NCBI GenBank assembly: GCA_041690295.1
Contig: JAWLHR010000015.1
Location: 1-64,000, forward strand
Length of the DNA stretch: 64,000 nt
Origin: Bdellovibrionales bacterium
GTDB taxonomy: Bacteria; Bdellovibrionota; Bdellovibrionia; Bdellovibrionales; UBA1609
Direction of reading: 5' to 3'
A program made the translations under genes and the position numbers. Each line of letters begins with the position of its first letter. The first letter of the stretch is position 1. The notes under the pieces are model-generated. The model saw only the letters and a list, made by a program, of their open reading frames with translations. It was not told the DNA's origin and did not search any database. Below are positions 18,142-27,982 of the stretch, one piece after another.

Positions 18142-19613
18142 AAATTGCCTCGCGAAAAAGTGATCTGGCCCGGTGGCAGGCGGTGACCGTGGGCCGCGCC
18201 CTTGAATCATTGCCCGAAAAACCGGAAATCGAATACCTCTTCAAAGCTTCGCTGGGAGACCAGAATCTGGATCTCCCATTGGCGTCCATGGGTAAGGGTG
18301 TCTTTACCGAGGATTTTTATCAGGACCTCACCGGCGGAGAGTGTGATCTGGTGGTGCACTCCTGGAAAGACTTGCCGGTGGAAGAAAGGCCCGACACCCG
18401 AATCGCATTCACCTTGGAGCGGGCCGATGTGAGGGACATTTTGCTAATCCCTGAATCCGTTTGGCGAAAAGCGGTTCAAGAAAAACGTCTGACGGTTTTC
18501 ACCAGTTCTCCTCGACGAATTTATAATCTTCAGGAATCGCTCGGCGAACTGCTGCCGGCCAAAATGGAAATCAAGTTTGAACCCGTGAGAGGCAATGTTC
18601 CCACCCGCGTCCGGAAAATGCGGGAGCAAGAAACGGCGCTGGTCCTGGCCAAGGCGGGATTGGACCGACTAATCGAGGCGGAGCGAAATGGGTTCTGCGA
18701 TAACGGTTTGATCGAGGCCGTAAAGGAATGCCGATTTCAAATTTTGCCGATCAGTTTAAATCCACCGGCGCCGGCGCAAGGCGCGTTGGCGGTGGAAGTC
18801 TCCGCTCGCCGAGAGGATCTTTTGCAACTCGGACGAAAGCTGAATTCGGATTCCGCCTATGCGGCCGTTCGCCGGGAACGTGAGGTCTTAAGTTCCTATG
18901 GCGGCGGCTGTCATCAAAAAATCGGCGTGGCGGTCTTACACCGAACCTTCGGAACTGTTTTCGCCCTGAAAGGTTTGACCGACGACGGTCGCGTTCTCAA
19001 TGATTTCCGGATTGAAAACGACACGCCTTGGTCGCGGGCCACAAGCGAAGATCGGGTTTTCCCCATCACTGCGGCTTCAAATTCCTGGTTTGAACGGGTG
19101 CCGCTCACGATCGATCCAAACACGCTCAACGGCAAAGATTTGTTTGTCGCGAGAGCCGACGCCTGGCCGGATGGATTCGCTCCGAAAGAGGGCTCGCGGA
19201 TCTGGACGGCCGGTGTAAAAACCTGGCGTAAGCTCGCGCGCAAAGGCATTTGGGTGAATGGCACCACGGACTCTCTGGGCGAGGATGACAAACCCTATTT
19301 GTCATGGCTTGAAGACGTGCGCTGGTGCAAATTAACGCATTCTCAAGCCGCGGGCCCAAATGATGTGGCTACTTATGAATTGAAGCCGGGGAGCGATCAT
19401 CCGAACCTGTCCGGTAAAACGCATTTTTTCTGGTTGAGCGGCACCAGTTTCGAGCGGGCGCGGGAACTCTTTCCGCGCGAAATCAGCGAGGGTCGACACT
19501 CCTGCGGCCCGGGGAACACGTATCGTCATTTAGCCAATGTCAAAGGGTTGAAATACCCGGTTAAAGTTTTCTGGAATTTGGAGCAGTTTTGGCGGGAAAC
19601 CCGCCCTTGCTAG
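18132..19613 (+). CDS. hemC: Porphobilinogen deaminase with C-terminal uroporphyrinogen-III synthase-like extension
   Basis: SRKSDLARWQ, KGVFT, VHSWKDLP, TSSPRR, RGNVPTR, PAPAQGAL, GGC; about 200 extra C-terminal residues. Confidence 0.9.
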   Translation: MRLKIASRKSDLARWQAVTVGRALESLPEKPEIEYLFKASLGDQNLDLPLASMGKGVFTEDFYQDLTGGECDLVVHSWKDLPVEERPDTRIAFTLERADVRDILLIPESVWRKAVQEKRLTVFTSSPRRIYNLQESLGELLPAKMEIKFEPVRGNVPTRVRKMREQETALVLAKAGLDRLIEAERNGFCDNGLIEAVKECRFQILPISLNPPAPAQGALAVEVSARREDLLQLGRKLNSDSAYAAVRREREVLSSYGGGCHQKIGVAVLHRTFGTVFALKGLTDDGRVLNDFRIENDTPWSRATSEDRVFPITAASNSWFERVPLTIDPNTLNGKDLFVARADAWPDGFAPKEGSRIWTAGVKTWRKLARKGIWVNGTTDSLGEDDKPYLSWLEDVRWCKLTHSQAAGPNDVATYELKPGSDHPNLSGKTHFFWLSGTSFERARELFPREISEGRHSCGPGNTYRHLANVKGLKYPVKVFWNLEQFWRETRPC

Positions 19614-19625
19614 TGGGGTCGAATT

Positions 19626-20918
19626 GTGAAAGAAACACGAGTAATGACGTCGGAAGAATTGTTTCAAAGGTCACTGAAGGTGGCACCGGGCGGCGTACAT
19701 TCGCCGGTTCGGGCTTTCCGCAGCGTGGGCGGCACGCCCATCTTTTTCGCCAGGGGTGAAGGTCCATACCTTTATTCCGTTGAAGGCGAGCAATACATCG
19801 ACTTTTGCCAAAGCTTCGGGCCCAACATTCTTGGACATCGGGATCCCGATGTGGAGCGAGAGATGAAAAAAGCCGTCGAACTTGGTTGGTGCTTCGGCGC
19901 TTGCGAACCCTACTCATTGGAACTGGCCGAACTCATGCAACAGACTTTGCCGTGGGTGGAAAAAGTTCGCTTCGTTTGCTCGGGCACCGAAGCCGTGATG
20001 AGCGCCTTAAGGGTGGCGCGCGCGGCCACCGGACGTGATAAAATTTTGAAATTCGAAGGCTGTTACCACGGCCATGCGGACGCCTTGCTGGTCAAAGCCG
20101 GAAGCGGTCTGGCCGGTCCCTCGGCGTCGGACAGCGCTGGAGTGTCCGATCAATTGGCGCGGCAAACATTAATTTGTCCGCTGGATGATGAGGCCGCTTA
20201 CGCGAAAGTTCTGAACGAGCATGCCAGTGAGATCGCCGCCGTCATCATCGAACCCATGCCGGCCAATTACGGATTACTAAGACAGCGCGACGAGTTCCTG
20301 CGCGCGGTGGTTGAAGGGGCGCGCAAGATTGGCGCATTGGTGATTTTTGACGAAGTGATCTCCGGATTCCGCGTGGCTTGGGGTGGAATGGTGGAGCGAA
20401 CCGGACTCAAACCCGACCTGGTCACCTATGGTAAAGTGATTGGTGGTGGTTTGGCGGTCGGGGCTTACGCGGGCCGCAAGGATTTAATGGATATGGTGGC
20501 GCCCGCCGGCCGTGTTTACCAGGCGGGAACTTTAAGCGCGAATCCCTTGGCCATGATCACCGGTCGAGCGACGCTCAATAAAATCCGATCACAAAATATC
20601 TATCCCGAACTTGAAAAGCGCACGGAGCGCTTCACCACGGAACTGAAATCCCTGTTGAAACCCGCCGAGTTCGACGCCTGTCACTTGGGCTCGGTGTTTT
20701 GGATTCATCCGCTCAGCCCGAAACCCGTTCGCAGCTTGAACGATCTGCCGGATGGATTGGGTGATCGTTTCAAAAAGCTTTTCCATTTACTGTTGAAAAA
20801 GAAAGTGTATTTGGCGCCCAGCGGGTATGAAGTTGGTTTTGTTTCGGCGGCCCATACCGACGACGTCCTTGATCAAACCTTAGGCCGCGTTCGAGAGGCC
20901 GTGGGTGAACTCAGCTAG
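19626..20918 (+). CDS. hemL: Glutamate-1-semialdehyde 2,1-aminomutase
   Basis: [50 protein letters not shown]; alternative start at 19644. Confidence 0.97.
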   Translation: MKETRVMTSEELFQRSLKVAPGGVHSPVRAFRSVGGTPIFFARGEGPYLYSVEGEQYIDFCQSFGPNILGHRDPDVEREMKKAVELGWCFGACEPYSLELAELMQQTLPWVEKVRFVCSGTEAVMSALRVARAATGRDKILKFEGCYHGHADALLVKAGSGLAGPSASDSAGVSDQLARQTLICPLDDEAAYAKVLNEHASEIAAVIIEPMPANYGLLRQRDEFLRAVVEGARKIGALVIFDEVISGFRVAWGGMVERTGLKPDLVTYGKVIGGGLAVGAYAGRKDLMDMVAPAGRVYQAGTLSANPLAMITGRATLNKIRSQNIYPELEKRTERFTTELKSLLKPAEFDACHLGSVFWIHPLSPKPVRSLNDLPDGLGDRFKKLFHLLLKKKVYLAPSGYEVGFVSAAHTDDVLDQTLGRVREAVGELS

Positions 20919-21786
20919 CCGTTCGGACAAGCTGCGTTTTTTCTGGATTATCTGCTGGCTGCTCTTCACGGTCAGTTTCGCTGTTTGGTGGATCATCTTC
21001 AGCACCGAACACATCGCTCTTTTGAACCGTCTCCAGCCGGAGATGGCGCAACATTGGCAGAGGCAAAAGCAGATGATTTTCTGGGAAGGCTTGGCCTGGA
21101 TCGTGTTGCTCGTGATCGGCGGCGTGGCTTTGATGATTCTCGTGCAAAAGGAAAAATCCCGTGTCAGGCAGATTCGTGAGTTCTTTGCCAGCTTTTCTCA
21201 TGAAATCAAAACTTCTCTCGCTTCCTTGCGTTTGCAGGCGGAAGCGCTCAAAGACGAATCCGAACAATCCTCGCCGATTCTCGATCGTTTGATCGGCGAT
21301 ACGGTTCGGCTTCAGGTGCAGTTGGAAAATTCCCTGTTTTTCGCCAGTCAGGATAATCTGCAACTTTATTTGCAACCGGTGCGACTCAGTTCTTTGGTGG
21401 AGCGCATGCGGGAGCAATGGCCGAGTTTAGCCATCGAATTTAATCAGGATCTGGTGGTGCGCGGGGATGATCGGGCTTTGCGCACGATCTTCAGCAATCT
21501 TTTGCAAAACGCGCTGATTCACGGCCGCGCGGATCGCATTTCCATTGTCACGCAGGCCAACGGAGACGGCCGCGCGCGCATCACGATTCAAGATAATGGC
21601 AGCGGTTACGGCGGCGATCCCGATCGATTGGGCCAGCTTTTTTACCGGCCGACTCCAACCAGCGGCAGCGGGCTTGGCCTTTACATTTGTCGATTGCTCA
21701 TCGAGCGCATGGGCGGTGAGGTGAATGAAGTGACCGGGCAAGGCGGATTCCGGATCTCTTTCACATTGGCGGGGGAAGCGGCATGA
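20905..21786 (+). CDS. Sensor histidine kinase (two TM, short periplasmic loop)
   Basis: H box SHEIKT, N box NLLQNA, DNGSG, GSGLGL. Confidence 0.92.
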   Translation: MNSASRSDKLRFFWIICWLLFTVSFAVWWIIFSTEHIALLNRLQPEMAQHWQRQKQMIFWEGLAWIVLLVIGGVALMILVQKEKSRVRQIREFFASFSHEIKTSLASLRLQAEALKDESEQSSPILDRLIGDTVRLQVQLENSLFFASQDNLQLYLQPVRLSSLVERMREQWPSLAIEFNQDLVVRGDDRALRTIFSNLLQNALIHGRADRISIVTQANGDGRARITIQDNGSGYGGDPDRLGQLFYRPTPTSGSGLGLYICRLLIERMGGEVNEVTGQGGFRISFTLAGEAA

Positions 21787-22451
21787 CGCGGATTCTGCTG
21801 GTCGAAGATGATTCCTCGCTCGGCGCCACTTTGCGTGAGCGTTTGATCAAAGAAGGTTACGACGTCAGCTTGGCGAGAACCCAAAAGGAAGCGCTCGAGC
21901 TGGTGGCGCGTCACGCGTTTGATCTTTACATTTTGGATGTGGGTTTACCCGATGGCAGCGGCTTTGATCTGGCGGGCACGATGCCGCGAAAGCCGTTGAT
22001 TTTTCTCACCGCTCAAGGTGACGCCGAATCCCGCTTGAAAGGTTACGATTTGGGCGCGGAAGAATACATTCCCAAACCCTTTCATCTTCGCGAATTGCTC
22101 ATGCGGGTTCGCCACGTGCTTGAGAATCACATGCGCATCCCGGAATTGAAATTGGGAGATATTCGGGTGAATTTTGAAACCTTCGAGTTCTGGCGGGGCG
22201 AACAAAAGGAAGCGCTCCCGCCCAAAGATTTACTTTTGCTCAAGTTGCTGGTCAGCGAGAGTCCGCGTCCGGTGACACGTGACCAGGCGTTGGATCTGGT
22301 GCGAGGCGAGGATAAATATCCTTCCAACCGCACCGTGGATAACATGATCCTTCGTTTGCGAACGGCACTGGGCCCCTTTGGTGAACGAATCGAATCCGTC
22401 CGCGGTGTTGGTTACCGCTGGACCCCTTCGCAGGAGGAGAAACTAGGATGA
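21783..22451 (+). CDS. OmpR-family response regulator
   Basis: LLVEDD, LDVGLPDGSG, FLTA, KPF; winged helix RTVDNMILRLR...VRGVGYR. Confidence 0.93.
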   Translation: MTRILLVEDDSSLGATLRERLIKEGYDVSLARTQKEALELVARHAFDLYILDVGLPDGSGFDLAGTMPRKPLIFLTAQGDAESRLKGYDLGAEEYIPKPFHLRELLMRVRHVLENHMRIPELKLGDIRVNFETFEFWRGEQKEALPPKDLLLLKLLVSESPRPVTRDQALDLVRGEDKYPSNRTVDNMILRLRTALGPFGERIESVRGVGYRWTPSQEEKLG

Positions 22452-23467
22452 ACACGCGCTTTCACAATGCTTTGCAGGGCATCGCCCAGCCGATTCCTCC
22501 GGTTTGGTTCATGCGGCAGGCGGGCCGGTACCACAAACATTACCAAGCCCTGCGCCGAGAGCACTCCTTCATGGAGCTTTGTAAAAATCCGGAACTGGCG
22601 GCCGAAGTCGCGCTGGGACCGATTCGCGACTTCGATTTTGACGTGGCCATTCTGTTCAGTGACTTGCTCTTTCCCTTGGAAGCGTTGGGCATGGGTCTCA
22701 AGTATGATCCCGCGCCCGAGCTGGGTTGGCATCTGACCAGTGAGCGTCTCAAAGACCTCGCACCGGAATCAGAGGCCATCGAACGCTTGGCGTTTCAAAA
22801 AGAAGCCTTGATCGCCACGCGAAAAGTTTTGCCCAAAGAGAAAAGTCTGATTGGTTTTGTCGGTGGTCCATGGACCTTGTTCACCTACGCCACCGAAGGA
22901 GCGCACAAGGGAAATCTGATTCAAGCCAAAAACCATTGGGGATTGTATCATAAGTTTTCCGAGCGCCTGCTTTCTCTGCTTGAGGCCAACATTCGGCTGC
23001 AACTCGAAGGTGGCGCGGAAGTGGTGATGATTTTCGACACGGCGGCCGGCGAATTGAGCCCTCAGCTTTTTGCCAAGCATGTGGAGCCGCAGCTTCGTGA
23101 TCTCGCCGGACGATTCCCTCTGAAATTGGGTTACTACGCCAAAGGCGTGACTCACGCCCACTTGCAAAACCTCAAGGGCTGCACCGATTTCGCCGGCTTC
23201 GGAATTGATCATCGCTTCGATATGGCCGAGGAACTGAAAAATCACCGATATGGTTTCCTGCAGGGAAATTTCGACCAGGCCTTGCTCTTCGCCAAGCCCG
23301 CGGATTTTGAAGCGCAGCTTGAGACATACTTTACGCAGCTCCGCCTTTTAACTCCGGAGCAGAGACGATTTTGGGTCTGCGGCCTCGGTCACGGCGTTTT
23401 ACCCGAAACGCCCGAAGAAAATGTGAAGCTTTTCGTGAAACGTGTACGTGAGGTGTTCGCGCTATGA
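22448..23467 (+). CDS. hemE: Uroporphyrinogen decarboxylase
   Basis: PVWFMRQAGRY, AILFSD, LIGFVGGPWTL, QGNFD, LGHGV. Confidence 0.97.
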   Translation: MNTRFHNALQGIAQPIPPVWFMRQAGRYHKHYQALRREHSFMELCKNPELAAEVALGPIRDFDFDVAILFSDLLFPLEALGMGLKYDPAPELGWHLTSERLKDLAPESEAIERLAFQKEALIATRKVLPKEKSLIGFVGGPWTLFTYATEGAHKGNLIQAKNHWGLYHKFSERLLSLLEANIRLQLEGGAEVVMIFDTAAGELSPQLFAKHVEPQLRDLAGRFPLKLGYYAKGVTHAHLQNLKGCTDFAGFGIDHRFDMAEELKNHRYGFLQGNFDQALLFAKPADFEAQLETYFTQLRLLTPEQRRFWVCGLGHGVLPETPEENVKLFVKRVREVFAL

Positions 23468-24816
23468 ACCGGACGCAACTTTTACGCAAATATGATGTTC
23501 CTGTTCCCCGTTACACAAGTTATCCGACGGTTCCTTATTGGTCCGATTCGCCAACTTCTCAGGAATGGGTGGACTCATTTAAACGGGCGTTGGTGAAGGC
23601 GGAAACCGAGTGGGCGCTTTATCTTCATATTCCTTTTTGTGAATCGCTCTGCACGTTCTGCGGATGCAATACGGTGATCGGCAAAAATCATCAGCGGGAA
23701 GTGCCCTATGTGAAAAACCTGCTTAAAGAGTTCTCGTTGTATTTGGACGCCTTGCCGGAATTGCGATCAAAACCACTGAGGCAGTTGCATCTTGGTGGCG
23801 GTACACCGACATTTCTTTCGGCGGAAAATCTGCGGCATCTGGTGGCCTCACTTCTTGAAAAATGCCAGCTCGATAGCTCACGCTTTGACGCGAGTGTGGA
23901 AGTGGATCCTCGTCGAACCACCCGCGAGCAACTGGCCGTGCTGCGGGATTTGGGATTTCGGCGGGTCAGTATGGGCGTTCAGGATTTCAATCCCGAAGTT
24001 CAACGCCTGGTGAATCGCATTCAACCCTTGGAGGTCACGAAGTCACTGACGGAAGCGGCCCGCGGTCTCGGATACGATTCGGTGAATTACGATCTCATTT
24101 ATGGTCTGCCCAGCCAGACGCTCGATTCCTTCCGTGATTCCATTCAAAAGACCATTGAACTGCGGCCGGATCGTATCGCGCTTTATTCCTTCGCGCTAGT
24201 GCCTTGGATCAAACCCGCGCAACGCCTGTTCAAGGATGAGGATCTGCCCGTCGGTGACGCCAAAAGGGATCTTTACGAAATGGCCTATGAAAACCTCACG
24301 CAAGCCGGATACATTGAAATCGGGATGGATCATTTCGCCTTAAGCGGCGATGCCCTGGCGAAATCCCAACGTGAAGGAACCCTTCACCGCAATTTCATGG
24401 GTTACACCGAGTACCGCACGCAAGTGCTTCTCGGATTAGGTGTGAGCAGCATTTCCGAAACGCCGGATTGTTTTCACCAGAACGAAAAAGTCCTGCCCAA
24501 TTACGAGCGCAAGATCCAGGCTGGCGAGATTCCCACGTTGCGCGGACACAAACTGACCGCCGAGGATCAAATGTACCGGGAACAGATTTTGGCTTTCATG
24601 ACCAAGGGTGAATGTCGGTTAAATTCCGGGGAGCAGGAAAAAGACATCAAAGAATTTCTTTCGGACATGATTCAGGATGGTTTGGTTGAAGTGGAAAATC
24701 AGATATTCCGTCTGACGGAAGCGGGTCGGCCCTTTTTGCGCAACGCCTGTGTCGCGCTTGATCGCCGCCTGCGTGACAACGAGCCAACGAAACGCATCTT
24801 CTCCTCGGCCCTATGA
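23464..24816 (+). CDS. hemN: Oxygen-independent coproporphyrinogen III oxidase (radical SAM)
   Basis: PRYTSYPT, HIPFCESLCTFCGC, GGGTPT, GMDHF, RNFMGY. Confidence 0.96.
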   Translation: MNRTQLLRKYDVPVPRYTSYPTVPYWSDSPTSQEWVDSFKRALVKAETEWALYLHIPFCESLCTFCGCNTVIGKNHQREVPYVKNLLKEFSLYLDALPELRSKPLRQLHLGGGTPTFLSAENLRHLVASLLEKCQLDSSRFDASVEVDPRRTTREQLAVLRDLGFRRVSMGVQDFNPEVQRLVNRIQPLEVTKSLTEAARGLGYDSVNYDLIYGLPSQTLDSFRDSIQKTIELRPDRIALYSFALVPWIKPAQRLFKDEDLPVGDAKRDLYEMAYENLTQAGYIEIGMDHFALSGDALAKSQREGTLHRNFMGYTEYRTQVLLGLGVSSISETPDCFHQNEKVLPNYERKIQAGEIPTLRGHKLTAEDQMYREQILAFMTKGECRLNSGEQEKDIKEFLSDMIQDGLVEVENQIFRLTEAGRPFLRNACVALDRRLRDNEPTKRIFSSAL

Positions 24817-26018
24817 CAAAGGTGACCGTCGTCGGCGCGGGATTCGCCGGATTGAGTTTGGCCCATGAACTTCTCAAACGCGGCATCGCGGTGGAAGTTC
24901 TGGAAAAATCGGATCGGGTTGGCGGTTTGATCCGCACCGATCAAGTCGAGCACGGCCTGGTGGAGTCCGCCGCCAACGCTCTTTTGGCCGATCGGAATGT
25001 GGAATCACTTTTCGCGGATCTGAATCTGTCGTTCGCCCGCCGGGGCCGTGCGCGGGGTCGCCGTTTTATATTTCGCGATCGTCCGTCCCGTTGGCCGTTA
25101 AGCTGGTCGACCACCGCCCGACTCATGTCGCGGGCGGTGGAGTGGGGCGTGCGGGGTCCGTCTCGACTGTGGCCGAATCCCGGCGAAGCGGTTGCCACGT
25201 GGTGTGAACGCATCATGAATCAGGAATTCAACGATCATTTTATCGCGCCGGCCCTTCAAGGCATTTACGCGGGCGATGTCGGTCGATTGAGCGCCAACTT
25301 GATTTTATCGGGAATGGCGTCGCGCCTGCCGAAAGGGCGGCTTAAAGGAAGTGTGGCGCCTGAAGGTGGAATGGGTGAACTGGTGACCGCGTTCGCGCGC
25401 GCGATTGGGGATCGAGGCGGTGAAATTCGATTGAATACGAAATTCGAAATGCCGCGTGAATTGAGCCATCCACTGGTTATCGCCACGAACGTGGCCACGG
25501 CCGCTGAATTGCTCAGCGAAAGTCATCCGGAAGTGGCGAGAATCCTTCGCCGGTGTGAAATGCTGCCCCTCATCCGCGTGACGGCGTTTTTCCCGCCGCA
25601 AAAGAGCGATCTTGAGGGATTTGGTTGCTTGTTTCCCGAGTCTCAGCGATTTAATGCATTGGGCGTTTTGTTCAATAGTTCGATTTTTCCAGGATTTTCA
25701 CAGGTGCGATCGGAAAGTTGGATCTTCGGCGGCGCCCGAAATCCCGAGGTCCTCAATTGGAGTGACGAAGAGGTGAAAGAAAAGATTCTTCAAGATCGCG
25801 CGCGTCTTGGCGGCAACGCCGAAGCGCTTTCCATCCATATTCGCCGATGGCCGAAAGCTTTGCCCCATTACACAACCGAATGGGAAGAGCTGTTGCCGCA
25901 ACTCAATCCCCCGGCGCCGCTTTATTTACACGGAAATTACCTGGGTGCACTGGGATTGAGCCGCATCCTCAAACGTTCCAAGGATTTAGCAAAGACCATT
26001 CAGGAGAGATATGCTTAA
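24813..26018 (+). CDS. hemY: FAD-dependent protoporphyrinogen/coproporphyrinogen oxidase (HemY type)
   Basis: VVGAGFAGL, RVGGLI, GIYAGD, GFGCLFP, RWPKALPHY, GNY; operon context. Confidence 0.85.
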   Translation: MTKVTVVGAGFAGLSLAHELLKRGIAVEVLEKSDRVGGLIRTDQVEHGLVESAANALLADRNVESLFADLNLSFARRGRARGRRFIFRDRPSRWPLSWSTTARLMSRAVEWGVRGPSRLWPNPGEAVATWCERIMNQEFNDHFIAPALQGIYAGDVGRLSANLILSGMASRLPKGRLKGSVAPEGGMGELVTAFARAIGDRGGEIRLNTKFEMPRELSHPLVIATNVATAAELLSESHPEVARILRRCEMLPLIRVTAFFPPQKSDLEGFGCLFPESQRFNALGVLFNSSIFPGFSQVRSESWIFGGARNPEVLNWSDEEVKEKILQDRARLGGNAEALSIHIRRWPKALPHYTTEWEELLPQLNPPAPLYLHGNYLGALGLSRILKRSKDLAKTIQERYA

Positions 26019-27033
26019 GAAACCCGGCTTGCTTTTGATTCAACTTGGATCCCCTCGCGAACCCACTCCCGCCGCGGTGAAAGAGTTTCTCATTGAGTTT
26101 CTGACGGATTCGCGCGTGATCGACATGCCTTATCTTCCACGCCAGCTTTTGGTTCGCGGAATCATCGCGCCTTCCCGTTGCCGCTCGGGAGCGGCGGCTT
26201 ACAAAAAGATCTGGACCGCCGAAGGTTCTCCACTCGTGGTGAACACCTTGGAGTTCGCGAATAAGGTGAAAAAGGAATTGTCGTCCCGCTTTGACGTGCG
26301 TTTGGCGTTTCGCTACGGAAGTCCGAACATCGCTTCCCAGATCAATGATTGGGACATCAACGAACTTTTCGTGGTTCCGCTATATCCGCAGTACGCGCTT
26401 TCCTCCACCCAATCGGCGATTGATGCGGTTCATGCCGCGCTTAATGGGCGGGGGATCAAATTGAATATCCTTATGGACTTCTTCAACGAGGCGGAGTTCA
26501 TTCACAGCCAGTCTCAGCTGATTCGGCGGGTGGCGGATGAGTTCATGCCCGACCACTACCTACTGAGCTTTCATGGTTTGCCGGTGAACCAGGTGCAAAG
26601 GCTTCATCCCACCCGCTGCCTGATTAAACCGGGCTGCTGTGAAAAGGTGGGTGACCGGAATCGCTGGTGTTACCGCGCGCAGTGCATGGCCACCGCGCGA
26701 GCCCTGAAGTCGGCGTTGGATATTTCGGCGGAGAATCTGACGGTTTCATTTCAATCGCGGCTCGGGAGAAAACCGTGGATCGAACCCTACACTGACAAAG
26801 TTTTGGGAACTCTGATCGAAGATGGGGTGCGCCGGCTTTTGGTCAGTTGTCCTTCCTTTGTGGTGGACTGTTTGGAAACCCTCGAAGAAATTCAAATCCG
26901 CTTGCGCGATCAATTCATCAAAATGGGGGGCGCGGATTTGCGTCTGGTGCCCGCGCTAAACGCGGAAGACATTTGGATTCAGGATTTTTGCCAGATGGTC
27001 ACCCGGCACAATCTGAAATGGCGGTCCGAGTAG
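26011..27033 (+). CDS. hemH: Ferrochelatase
   Basis: LGSP, FLTDSRV, GSPL, RYGSP, PLYPQY, SFHGLP, FQSRLG..W..PYT, DCLETLEE. Confidence 0.96.
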   Translation: MLKKPGLLLIQLGSPREPTPAAVKEFLIEFLTDSRVIDMPYLPRQLLVRGIIAPSRCRSGAAAYKKIWTAEGSPLVVNTLEFANKVKKELSSRFDVRLAFRYGSPNIASQINDWDINELFVVPLYPQYALSSTQSAIDAVHAALNGRGIKLNILMDFFNEAEFIHSQSQLIRRVADEFMPDHYLLSFHGLPVNQVQRLHPTRCLIKPGCCEKVGDRNRWCYRAQCMATARALKSALDISAENLTVSFQSRLGRKPWIEPYTDKVLGTLIEDGVRRLLVSCPSFVVDCLETLEEIQIRLRDQFIKMGGADLRLVPALNAEDIWIQDFCQMVTRHNLKWRSE

Positions 27034-27035
27034 CC

Positions 27036-27848
27036 ATGCAAGTGATCGTGGTCGATCGATTTTATAAACGAGCGGCGGAACTTCGCCGCATCTTCGATCG
27101 AAAATTTGAAAATCCATTAAAAGCGCGCCCCGAACGCTTCGTTTGGGATTTTTGGCATGTGCCGGGCGAGTACACCCATCTGCGAACACCCGCGTTTCAT
27201 TATTTTCCCAAAAAACAATATGAGGCCTTTCACCAGTTTCTGGTGAAATGGGGACGTGAACATCTCGGTTGCCATGATGTTTCTCCACCCTGGCTCAGTT
27301 GTTACATCAACGGTTGTCGGCAGGAGTTCCATCAAGATGTCCCCCATGGACCGCTGGCTTTCGTGTTTTCACTGACCCGCCATTATGGCCACGCCTTCAC
27401 CGGCGGCGAAACTTTCATTCGTAGAGGCCGAAGGCGAATCGCACCCTTGTTTAATCGCTTGGTTCTTTTTAATCCCGCGTTGGTTCATGGAGTGCGTGAA
27501 GTGAAAGGCGTGATGGATCCCCGTCAGGGACGTTTGGTGATTCACGGTTGGTTCGTTCAGCCGCGCGCCTTTTGGGTGGGTCCGCTTCGCGCCGAAGATG
27601 TGGATGAAAGCATCGCCACCGGCTTGCGCGGTTTTCATCTACGAAAAGCGGTTCGCACGCCGGGGCTGACCTCATTTCGGCTCAGCATCTCGCCAAAAGG
27701 AACGGTGCGATCGCTCCGTCCCTTGGTTGAAACCGCGGAGCTGGCCGCTCCCGATAGGACTCAATTGCATCTCAGGCTTACAGGCTTACGTTTTCCCGCC
27801 CGGTCCTCAGGAAGCCAATTAACGCTTCCCATTATGTGGTCCCTCTAA
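27036..27848 (+). CDS. 2OG-Fe(II) oxygenase family protein with a short C-terminal domain
   Basis: HQD...GGET...FNRLVLF...HGV..V...R motifs; ATG 2 nt after the hemH stop. Confidence 0.7.
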   Translation: MQVIVVDRFYKRAAELRRIFDRKFENPLKARPERFVWDFWHVPGEYTHLRTPAFHYFPKKQYEAFHQFLVKWGREHLGCHDVSPPWLSCYINGCRQEFHQDVPHGPLAFVFSLTRHYGHAFTGGETFIRRGRRRIAPLFNRLVLFNPALVHGVREVKGVMDPRQGRLVIHGWFVQPRAFWVGPLRAEDVDESIATGLRGFHLRKAVRTPGLTSFRLSISPKGTVRSLRPLVETAELAAPDRTQLHLRLTGLRFPARSSGSQLTLPIMWSL

Positions 27849-27982
27849 ATCGCTTATGGGTTCGTGAAATAATTACCTAACTACCTGCATTTACTAATAT
27901 TATGCATCGTGTTATGAATGCCTCATCGAAAAATATCTGGTAACCAAGTTAGCGTTTTCCAAGGGTAAGGGTAATCACCAGC

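Noticed and set aside
26847..27035. N-terminal extension of the 2OG oxygenase ORF
   Set aside because: It overlaps hemH in another frame; ATG 27036 follows the hemH stop directly.
27938..27953. Sigma-54-like TGGTAACCAAGTTAGC upstream of giant gene A
   Set aside because: GG-to-GC spacing is 11 nt rather than the required 10.
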